Assembly (NCBI GenBank): GCA_965112155.1
Contig: OZ218102.1
Source: Podarcis liolepis
Taxonomy: Eukaryota
DNA: 64,000 bases
Strand: one strand, 5' to 3'
Positions within the stretch are counted from its first letter, which is position 1; the number at the start of each line of letters is the position of its first letter. Under the pieces are notes generated by a model. That model searched no databases and was not told where the DNA came from. It saw only the letters and a program-made list of their open reading frames with translations. Both the position numbers and the translations under genes were made by a program. Shown one piece after another: positions 26,725 through 36,440 of the stretch.

Positions 26725-26814
26725 CTGGCACAGAGTCCCGGCAGGGATTTGTACTGCCGGGACGACGGTGTCTCCGAGATCCGCAGACTGCGCTACCAGA
26801 GCACCCGCTTCTGA
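26725..26814 (+). CDS. GOLGA7B: Candidate stop-codon readthrough extension of GOLGA7B (LAQSPGRDLYCRDDGVSEIRRLRYQSTRF*)
   Basis: TGA-CTG context; 10-bp stem 26735-26744/26754-26763; GC3 24/29; 8 CpGs; PDZ-ligand-like end. Confidence 0.55.
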   Translation: MAQSPGRDLYCRDDGVSEIRRLRYQSTRF

Positions 26815-28646
26815 GCAGCCCCAGGGGGGTTGGGGTGCCGGCAAGGAGGGTTGTGACACCCCTGGGGAGGGGCTTCTGACAACCAGCGGGGGGCAAAGTC
26901 CTTCTAAAGAGGATGCTTGGCCTCAGCCCCAAATGAGCCCAGTCTCCCCATGGCTCAAAACCTGGATAACCTGAATTGACACTTCCTGTGGGCTCCTGGG
27001 GACACTCCTGCCCACCCCCTCCCCGGGATGTCCAAATGTGTCATTGTCCAAGTCCTGTCCTCACAAGCTGCAGGTACACAAATACCCCGTCCGAATGCAC
27101 CCTCTTGCTCAAGGTCAAATGACCAGTAAAGATCAGCCCAGCATGGTGAGGTGGGATGGGGTGGGGTGTGGGTGAGGGAACTGGTGGTTTTGGGACCCTC
27201 TGACAAGCCTTTCCCTGAGCACCAATGTCCTCTCCCCTCCTGCATTGGCACTGACCCCCTATCCTAGCTCCTGTCTTTTGCTTGCTGCTGTGCATGCCAT
27301 TCTCCTGGCACTTTAGGCATGGTCTGAGCATTCAACGTCCACAGTGCTGTGGTGGGGCCCCTGCAAGTGCTTTGCCCACCCTCCCGTCCCTCCTGCAGGG
27401 TGCTGGTACTGGCAGAGACGTGCCCTCTCACAGATTCCAGGATGGACTCTGTACTAGGGCACATGCCTCATGCTCTGGATCCTTCTGAGGCAACAGAGGG
27501 ACAGGGGCATTGTATGGAGCCACAGGAGGAGGTGAGGCAGCACAGTCCCCCTCTGCAGCACGGATCCTGTCGAGAACTATATAGTCTTCCAAAGTTGAAA
27601 GACTGCACCTTGCCACCTCTGACCAGCTGCAACAGGTTTTCCAGTTCAACCAGGGATCGTGGAGAGCATCAGAAGATGGGAGATGTTGGAGGTGCTTTAG
27701 TGGAGAGGCCTCTGGCTCCTCAATTCCTCAGCTCATCCCAGTCCAATAAGCATCTTTGGGATTATGTATGTAAATATTTAATATAGCCCTGGCTACCAAA
27801 GCTCCACCCCTCCCTTCACCCTTACACCACATTTGGCAAACAGAAGAAAGAGGAAGGAGGATGAAAACTCCGAGGTGGGTATGGAACCCTGCAACATTTG
27901 ACCCACTTCCCTAGTGCACCTTATCACTTGCATGCACAAGTTGTCTCCTTGCTGCATGTTCCCTCTCCCTCCTTCCTGTAAATAGCTACCCGGGCCCCAC
28001 ATGCGTATGTTTGAGACCCTCTTGGTTCTGTACCTCTTCTCTGAGTCCCCAGTGCCATTCTGTGAAATGAGATGGGAAGGCAAGGGGGAGACGACTGAGC
28101 CACTGGGTCAGTGGACTGGGCCGCCCAATGAACAGGCGTCCAAACCTTGGGCGAAGCCTACCACCACTTCTGGCAATGGACAGCAGTTCCAAAAATGTTT
28201 CCAGCTTCTCACACACCACACGTCCCATGCACAGCTAGATGTCCTTGTGGGGGTCACTCAGTATAAGACTTTGTTTGCACCCAGCTGTGGAGGGGGAGAT
28301 TGTTGGAGGGTAGACACTAGGCTGTTTTGGATGCTTGGCTGGGCAAACTCAGCAGTCACTCCACTACTTCGTCAGTGCTCCAAACTTCTTGATTTCAGAA
28401 TGGGATTTCCTCCTTTTTGATGGTGGGGATGAATGTGTTTGGAGAGTGACCAGACCCTGACTGTGCTGCAGGGAAATGGGAGAGCTGCAGAGGGCATCAC
28501 AAATGCATAGAGGTTAAGCCAATGTGACCCTGGGAGGGTTTCCCTCTGTACCCAGATGCCCTGAGAAGCTGCTCCCCATGCCATATATTGGACTCATGGA
28601 TCTGGTCATAGTTGTATCCCTCTGACTCTACATGAAAATTTCTGAC

Positions 28647-28652
28647 AATAAA
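28647..28652 (+). terminator. Candidate GOLGA7B polyadenylation signal
   Basis: AATAAA about 1.9 kb after the stop, followed by a GT/T-rich tract; a second AATAAA lies at 28701. Confidence 0.45.
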
Positions 28653-29503
28653 CTAGAAGTGAGAATCTACCAGTGTTGTTTTCTTCCTATCCGTTCTCTT
28701 AATAAATAATAGACCTGGCTCCTGCACATATATTTCATTCACAGCCACCCATGCTGTTGTCTTAAGGCTGCATAACCTATTAGTAGTGATGGTTCCCATG
28801 AATTAAAATATAAAAGTATAGTATGCATTGTCTGGATGATTGAGAACTATCAGCAGGCTTACACTTTTAGGACCCTGTTCTGCTTTAATTGGACCTTTAT
28901 TCGTATGCTTGATTCTAGAGCCACTGATGCGTGGTTGAAGTATGCATTTAACATTTACCTGGTGCTAACACTGCTCTTGAAACAAACAAGACAGATGCTG
29001 GGATCATGATTGCACCAGAGATTTTGCTGGTTTCGTATGTACTATGCAGGTTTGAAGATATCAATGGAGCTGATGTTCAGCTGACCTGCTGCCTGGCTTG
29101 GTGGTACTCATACACAGGTAGGTCTGCAGGCAATTGCTCTAAGTCTAAAGCTAGCAAATGAGCTTCATCAACAGAGACAGGTTTTCACATGCAGATTGTC
29201 TCACTGATGTGACCTATGCAAAGAAACAGAGTCGGGTTTGTGTAAAAGGCCCTGTATCCTTCCAGCACTCAGAGCTTTGCCCTTGACAGAGATGACCATG
29301 TTAGCCAAAGTTAGTTTGGATTAATGTGGGAATTATCCTATAACTTTTGTGAATTAAAAAAAATGTGAACAGTCAGAAGACCTCAGACATCCCCCCCCCC
29401 AAAAAAAACCAGAGGACTCAGAAAATAGTATTTGTTCACCTACCCAGAAACTGCCCTCCATCAGCCTTCTTCCCCCCAAACAAATCTCCCCTTTCTTCCC
29501 CTT

Positions 29504-29920
29504 TAGGAACATTGGAATCTGCCTTATATTAATTAAGCCAAACCACTGGTCCATGTAGCTCACTATTGTCCACACTGGCTGGCAGCAGCTCTTTAGGGTT
29601 TCTAGCAGGAGACTCTCCCGGTGCTACCTGGAGATTCCGTGGATCGAACCTGAGACCTTCTGCTTCCAAGGCACATGCTCTGCCACTGAGCTATGGCCCT
29701 TCCCCAAGCCAGGTGTCGTCTTTTGATGGAGAAGAGCCACAGCTCCATGGCAGAGCATCTGATTTGCTTGAAGAAGGTCCCCGGTTCAACCCACAGCACT
29801 TTCAGGTAGGGCTGGGAACACACACCCTTCGCCTGAACCCTGGAAATCAGTGTAGGGAACACTGATCTAGATGGACCAACAGTCTAACTCCATTTAAGGC
29901 AGCATCCAATGTTCCTATAT
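29504..29920. mobile_element. Two head-to-head tRNA-derived SINEs (Squam3-like): ~29504-29705 (-) and ~29728-29920 (+)
   Basis: A/B-box-like heads (GCTCAGTGGCAGAGC...GGTTCGATCC) and shared tails. Confidence 0.7.
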
Positions 29921-30030
29921 TCTCTTGAAGCCATGCTGGCACTGGGAGCTTCAGGAGAGGCAGGTGGGGAGAAGAAGGTTTCCCTTCCACCTCTTCCCCA
30001 TTGCTGTACCATGCTAGGTAGCAGCATCAT

Positions 30031-30031
<1 letters not shown>

Positions 30032-30061
<30 letters not shown>
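30032..30061. repeat. (GT)n microsatellite
   Basis: Read directly. Confidence 0.9.
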
Positions 30062-30072
<11 letters not shown>

Positions 30073-30202
30073 GGAGGGAGGGAGGGAGGAGTTAGTTAGG
30101 GAAGTTTTTAATGTTTGATGTTTATTGTGTTTTTAATATTCTGCTGGAAGCCTACCAGAGTGGCTGGCGAGGCCCAGCCAGATGGGGAGGGGTATATGTA
30201 AT

Positions 30203-30246
30203 AAACAACAACAACAACAACAACAACAATAATTATTATTATTATT
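30203..30246. repeat. Compound (AAC)n/(ATT)n microsatellite
   Basis: Read directly. Confidence 0.9.
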
Positions 30247-30524
30247 TACCATCATCATCAAATCAGTAGGTTTATATTCCATTTTCTGATTGGTGTCCTT
30301 CAAGCTGCTCACACCATGTATAAAATACAAATGGGGACATTAAAAGACCCGAGTGGATGCCAACATTACATAAATAGGTTTCTGTTCGAGCTGCAGGCTG
30401 TCCCCTTCCTATCTTTCTCCCCACCCCATGCACCTCCAGAATAGATTGGTATATATATATATATATATATGCAGGTTTTGGTGTCCTCGGGTGTCTTCCC
30501 GTGTAAAAGTTGGGGTGTCTAGGC

Positions 30525-30558
30525 GACGTTTCGACGAGGTCTCACTCGTCATCTTCAG
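30525..30558 (-). ncRNA. Hammerhead ribozyme core, inverted-arm copy
   Basis: Exact reverse complement of 31259-31292. Confidence 0.7.
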
Positions 30559-31258
30559 GCTGGTGCTTTCGGCTTCTTGTTACTGGAACAGAGCGGGATC
30601 TCAGTGTTTGAGTTCCTATAAATACTGTAGAGGGGTGTGGTGTATTGCCTCAAAAGTTCTGGGCAGAGGGGAAGTTCCCAGGCTAGTGTTCTTTTCTTCT
30701 TTTGTTCCTTAATTACTTGAGGGATATCTTGAGTGATTTCTTGAGTGATATTCTGAGTACCACTTAGGTGGGTCATTAGGTGTGGATTAGTTGCTAAAGC
30801 CTTCGTGTCTTGACCTCTTGAATTTGTGAAGAGTTTTTCTGGGAAGATGGCTGTACTGCACTTAGTTGTGCTTTGGCTTGGCTTCGTGTATAGGGGCACA
30901 GGGCACAAAACCACAGCTCGCCCCTATACACGAAGCCAAGCCAAAGCACAACTAAGTGCAGTACAGCCATCTTCCCAGAAAAACTCTTCACAAATTCAAG
31001 AGGTCAAGACACGAAGGCTTTAGCAACTAATCCACACCTAATGACCCACCTAAGTGGTACTCAGAATATCACTCAAGAAATCACTCAAGATATCCCTCAA
31101 GTAATTAAGGAACAAAAGAAGAAAAGAACACTAGCCTGGGAACTTCCCCTCTGCCCAGAACTTTTGAGGCAATACACCACACCCCTCTACAGTATTTATA
31201 GGAACTCAAACACTGAGATCCCGCTCTGTTCCAGTAACAAGAAGCCGAAAGCACCAGC

Positions 31259-31292
31259 CTGAAGATGACGAGTGAGACCTCGTCGAAACGTC
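31259..31292 (+). ncRNA. Minimal type I hammerhead ribozyme core (PLE-type)
   Basis: CTGAAGA-T-GACGAG(TGAGAC)CTCGTC-GAAA-C-GTC. Confidence 0.75.
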
Positions 31293-31373
31293 GCCTAGAC
31301 ACCCCAACTTTTACACGGGAAGACACCCGAGGACACCAAAACCTGCATTCCTGTACCCGTGAAAATCTACGAA

Positions 31374-31416
<43 letters not shown>

Positions 31417-31564
31417 TGAAAAATAAAAGGTAATTGTACAACATTTTCAAATTAACACTCCATCATCCACATTTGACTTCCCATCCACCCCTCCATGGTT
31501 TCCTCAAAATTCCAATTCTGCTGCATATCATAATTATTCTATGCTTTAACTTCTTCACATAAAA

Positions 31565-31624
31565 CTCGCTTCGGCAGCACATATGCTAAAATTGGAAATG
31601 ATACAGAGAAGATCAGCATGGTCC
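31565..31624 (+). pseudogene. 3'-truncated U6 snRNA retrocopy
   Basis: CTCGCTTCGGCAGCACATATgCTAAAATTGGAAatGATACAGAGAAGATcAGCATGGtCC matches about U6 nt 4-62, including the ACAGAGA box; the 3' half is absent. Confidence 0.9.
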
Positions 31625-31989
31625 AGAGTAGATTATGAGGGTGTGCAGGGGCAGCAAGGGGAAGGAAAGAAAGATGAAGTCCCACAGCTTGTGTGAAAGT
31701 CCATTCTGCTCATCTGCAGACAGCAGTGGATATACTTTAAAACAACAACTGTGCCGCTGAAACAGGCACCTGGTGTTCTATCCCCCCCCTTTATGTTTAT
31801 TACTTAAATAACACAATTTTAATAGTACAGAACAATCCCTGCCTCATAACATAGAGGGGAAAAGGGGAGTAAAATAAATTTTAAAACATTTATCCGTCAG
31901 AATAGCCCATCAGGAAGTACCAAAATTCAAACCTACAATGTTCAAAACAGCCAGAAAATTTTGTATACTTCTGGGATATTTCTTTGCAT

Positions 31990-33060
31990 TTCATCTTTGC
32001 TTGCATAAGCAATAGAACAGTGCCAATCTGCTGCAAAAGAATCTTTATACTTCTTTAGATTATTCATTAATTTATCCACCCAAGTGACTTGCCAGCCCAT
32101 CTTATACCAATTAGCTTCTGAGGCACTCTTTCAGTCCATTGAGCAACAACTTGCCACGCAGCAGCAAGAATCTATCCAATTAGAGGTTTGGAATGGCCAT
32201 CCCCATTGTTGTTTTGAAGAAGAAGAAAAGTTTAACAAGAACAATTCTGGAGATTTCATCACTTATTGTCCAGTCATTACAGGAATTTTTGCAAAGACCA
32301 CAGTCCAAAACTGTGACACTTTTTCACAAGTCTAGCACATATGCTGGATTGACATTGGTTCCTTATATCCTCTCTAACACAGTTTCAAACTAGTATCATG
32401 GACAGGCTGGAGGCAGAGGAGTAGTGGGAGGCACCAGCTGGGGAACTCCCAAGGGAACCACCAGGGGAAGAAGGCTCAAAGCCAGGGGACTGGTGGTGGG
32501 ATGAGAATGAGTGGTCAGAGGGAGAAAGGGGAACAGACTGAAGGGAGGGGGCGTCGGAAGCTGAAAGGGTCAGAGGCTTTAGTGAGCAGGAGGAGGCTGT
32601 GGCAGAGAGCAGCCCAGAATCAGACAGAGGCAGAGGCTGGAGAGGAGGGGAGCCAAGAGGCAGAGATCAGGCAGGTTGCTGAATGAAGCCAGGGAGCCTT
32701 CCTCTCCCTCCTGGTCTCCCAGAACCCATGGAGGTATGAAAAGGAGCATCGACAGACACGGCAAAGAAGTCTCAGGTTGCATAGGAAGGAGACTTAGGGA
32801 GTTGTGGGGAAGTGGGAGCGTTCAGTCCTTGCAACTGCCTCAATGGGGCAAGATCTGCTGGAAAGAGTTGCTGTGCTCACTGGGCCTGTCTTTCTGAGCT
32901 GTTTGTTTCTTTGAATAAAGAGTTAATGTCACGGACGCCTTGTGAGTTATTGTTTATCTGCTCCCACCTCCCTCCTTGACAATTAGATATATTCATTTGA
33001 AACAGTCTCGTACCATTTCTGCACACTTTTTCATGTTCGTTCCCTCATACCAGATGATGC
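31990..33060 (-). mobile_element. L1/Tx1-like ORF2 C-terminal (zinc-finger) fragment, split by a solo-LTR-like insert
   Basis: Minus strand: ...KSVQKWYET... then C*RGYKEPMSIQHMC*TCEKVSQFW..V...I...G......PELFLL. Confidence 0.7.
32394..32981 (+). mobile_element. Solo-LTR-like element
   Basis: TATCA...TGACA ends, near-TSD ACTAG/ATTAG, internal AATAAA; related fragment at 56640-57068. Confidence 0.6.
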
Positions 33061-34028
33061 TGATTTAATGGGCAGCTTTAACCACATAGAATTCCAACTA
33101 CTGCCTTGATTCTCTTCTCCTCAGGCTAGTTGGTGTTAGGTGGCCTGGGAGTGGCAGTCTATCGGGAGTGTGAACTTGGCATTGCCCTCACTTGCTTTCC
33201 ATGGATCATTTGGTGCCAAGGCTTATGTAGGCCGGCCTTTGCTGCCCGCTGCTTGCTGGGCTACAACTCCCATCAGCCCTAGCCAGCATGGCCAATGGTC
33301 AGGAATGATGGGAGTTATAGTGCAACATCTTGAGGGCACTAGATTGGGGAAAACTGATGTTGATCTTCTGCTGTGCTAGGCCCCAGCCTCTCTGTGCCTT
33401 CACCAAGATCTCAGTTATTCAGAACTTACAGCAGTGTAATAATACATATCAGAAAAGCATGTGAACTAAGCCAGATAAGAGTTTGGGGGCTTGTAACACT
33501 TGCCTCTCATTTAAAGTGGGTTTTATGAGCCCCCAGAGTTCATTTCTGAGCCTCATATGGCTCACGAGAACTTCACCAGCATCTCTAGTCCCTGGTGGCT
33601 CTTGCTTGATCAAGTTTGTGCAAGACTTCCCTGACAGGTGATCAGCATGGTCAATGATCTACTTGCCTGGGAGCCAGAATTCTTAATCCAAGCTTTCCCT
33701 TTGCTCTGTCTCCACCCTCAAAAGCTGGTAGTTGGCATTATTAAATCAAGGAGCATTGACCACAGAGAATGTGTGCATAGGGATGCTCATTCATGGCCAA
33801 CTGTAGCATGCAGGGGTATGGGGACTGGGACCAATACTGTGGCATGGATTGCAGCGATTCAGAGAAAACCTATGTGTGAATTCATTCCCCCCCCTTGAAA
33901 TATTCTAACCATGAGGTTGCAAAGCCCTGCAGGTCTTCTGAAATTCATGTTTGTATCACAGCACCCTCAAGTGGTGAAGGATTTTAAGAGGCATAACCAG
34001 GGCTATACAGTATATTATATATATATAG

Positions 34029-34072
<44 letters not shown>

Positions 34073-34077
<5 letters not shown>

Positions 34078-34254
34078 GGTTTTGGTGTCTTCGGGTTCAG
34101 AGCTCTGTTTCAGTAACAAGAAGCCGAAAGCACCAGCCTGAAGATGACGAGTGAGACCTCGTCGAAACGTCGCCTAGACACCCCAACTCTTACACGGGAA
34201 GACACCCGAAGACACCAAAACCTGCATTCCTGTACCCGTGAAAATCTACGAAAG

Positions 34255-34258
<4 letters not shown>
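34073..34258 (+). mobile_element. Second, shorter Penelope-like insertion in (TA)n
   Basis: Same 3' sequence and tail as ~31220-31380; 24-bp inverted start; (TA)n flanks. Confidence 0.85.
34138..34171 (+). ncRNA. Hammerhead ribozyme core, third copy
   Basis: Identical to 31259-31292. Confidence 0.72.
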
Positions 34259-34302
<44 letters not shown>

Positions 34303-34799
34303 TCATAATCTCAGCTTTTGTGGTTTTTGAAAAATGAAGCCTCTAGCCCTTTTGGCTGTGAAGGTGTGCTGAAAAGCAACGTGGGCAATATCTGCTGAAA
34401 TCTCAGGACCTGGAAAGGTAGCTGTATAAGTTTAGCAGCAGCAGAGGAACAAGTCTTCCGTGTTCTTTGCCCTTCCGACGACTAGCAAAGGCAGAATAAA
34501 TTATGCAAAATATAAATAATTGAAGAATGAATTATGCAAAATAAGAGAAGTGTACACATTCCCCCAACCTGCATAATTTATATAGATTGCAGATTTCGGC
34601 ATTGGCACTAAAAATATTTATTTATTCAGTACACCAAGTCCTTGCCATAGCCATGGATTGTCTCCATGGAAAACCTTACATTATTTTAAATAACAGTAAT
34701 AGCAATAATGTAGAACCACAGATTTCTACTTTTGAATGCCCAATCTATGGATGACTCTCTTTTCCACCATGTTGGACCATGTTTACGCAAACAATTAGA

Positions 34800-34935
34800 A
34801 GGCATAATAGAATAGAGACTCTTGATCCCAGAGTCTTGGGTTCAATCCCCGTGTTGGGCACAAGATTCCTGCATGGCAGGTGATCGGACTATATGTCTCT
34901 TGTGGTCCCTTTCAACTCTACAATTCTACGATCCT
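34800..34935 (+). mobile_element. tRNA-head/CR1-tail SINE (POM-like)
   Basis: GGGTTCAATCCCC B-box followed by CR1-like tail GGTCCCTTTCAACTCTACAATTCTACGAT. Confidence 0.6.
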
Positions 34936-35617
34936 TGGAATATGGTGCAACAATATCCTTTATTGTTTGATCAGTGATTCATCATGACACTGGTTGTTGG
35001 TCCAGTAAAAGGTCTTATTGATTCTGTGCCTCTGTTTCTGTAGGACCAACACAGCAATAAACACTGCACAATAAATGCTGTAAATCCATATCAACTGTAT
35101 AAACTATGACAGGCTGTGTTTGTGTTCAGAACAGTATGAATGGATAACTATTTTGTGTTGTGTTTTTAAAATGTGGTTCTGTTAAAGGCCCACTCATCCC
35201 TTGATGAATGTAACATCAGGTGATGACTTCCACGGGTGAAACAGTCATCACAGATCAACTACAGCAAGACAGAACATTCAAACTACCTAATATAACTCTG
35301 GGCACAATATTTTTCACACATTTATCTGAGAGCCATGAAGTAATATCAGTGAGTGATGAACTATCAAATGATATATAAGGAAGTGTGAATCCATCCTATG
35401 AATCTCTTCCATCCATCTGAAGATCACACAAATGAGCTGCTGGAAAGGTCAAGACCCTTTGCCTCTGGGAGATGGATACTCTTTAGTTTTATTGACTCTT
35501 GTGTCAGTGAGAGCTGCGCTTGCTATCGCCTTCTTTTACCTATCTTCCACATCAGCTTTATTTCCTTATTTCCCATCAACTTCCACAGAAGGCATCATCC
35601 TTTTCTATCTCCTAGAA

Positions 35618-35994
35618 CACGGGTGTCAAACACAAGGCCCGCCAGACCTCGTCATGTGGCCACCGCCGGCCGCCAGTCTTCACCTTTTATTCTCACTTTT
35701 TTTTTTTTACACAAGAAAGCCGCCTTTTCAGCGCATGCGCGGCAGCCTACAAGCCAGAGAACGTCTGTCCTCTAGCGGCGCCAGCCGTTCTACACAGGAA
35801 ACCTCCACTTTACATGCATTCAGGAAACCTCCACTTGTTTTTATATTGAGCGCATGCCATCCTGTGATGTGACAGATCCAACGGCTGCCTGAACCCTTCT
35901 CTCCTGTACTGTAAGTCCTACAGATACAAACGGCCCTTTGAGGGTGACCAAACTGCTGATGCGGCCCCCGATGAATTTGAGTTAGACACCCCTG
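35618..35994. mobile_element. hAT (Charlie-like) non-autonomous element
   Basis: TIR CACGGGTGTCAAAC / GTTAGACACCCCTG, perfect TSD TCCTAGAA; same family as 26121. Confidence 0.92.
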
Positions 35995-36294
35995 TCCTAG
36001 AAAGACCAAACCTGATTTAGATAGCCCAATAGCCTGATCTGCTCTTCTGCAGCTACCAATGTACCTGGGGACCAGGCTGATGGAGCAGTTCCACATGCAC
36101 CAGAGGCTGGAGTCTAGGGTAAGGAGTGCCATTCAGTAACAGCTGATTGGAGTGTGCTTGTGTTAAAAAATGGCATGTGGCATTGCTTGTATGAATCTGA
36201 AGGAAGTGACCAAACACAGGCAGGTGCCTCAAAGGGGTTGTGTATAGTCCTGCTAACTTAGCCAGGAGTTTCTGCTGGACTCTGTCTTTATGGG

Positions 36295-36440
36295 TGGAAT
36301 GGACTCTCCGGAAAGTGATAGACTCTCCTTCCTTGCAGGTTTTTAAGCAGATGTTGGGTGGTCATCTGTCATGGATGCCTTAGTAGATATTCCTGTATTG
36401 CAGGGGGTTGAACCCTCAGGGTCCCTTCCAACTCCATGGT
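36295..36440 (+). mobile_element. CR1 LINE 3' fragment
   Basis: Similar to 42950-43180. Confidence 0.7.

Larger units (their letters stand above)
30469..31380 (+). mobile_element. Penelope-like retroelement 3' end with an inverted copy, inserted in (TA)n
   Basis: 429-bp inverted arms 30469-30897/30920-31348, ~30-nt unpaired tail, hammerhead core, (TA)n on both sides. Confidence 0.85.

Noticed and set aside
26722-28650. Selenocysteine decoding of the GOLGA7B UGA
   Set aside because: I could not identify a convincing SECIS by eye, and the UGA follows a Gly/Ser tail rather than a redox motif; a SECISearch run would be needed to exclude it formally
29630-29800. tRNA genes
   Set aside because: These are A/B-box SINE heads continuing into SINE bodies, with no intact cloverleaf
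30555-31326. Mirror-image ORF pairs as genes
   Set aside because: They are products of the inverted repeat; no RT or GIY-YIG motifs are visible in this 3' fragment
30469-31348. Palindrome as a pure assembly artefact
   Set aside because: The independent copy at 34073 has the same inversion start and tail asymmetry, so the architecture looks biological
31565-31624. Functional U6 gene
   Set aside because: The 3' half and T-run terminator are missing, and there are several substitutions
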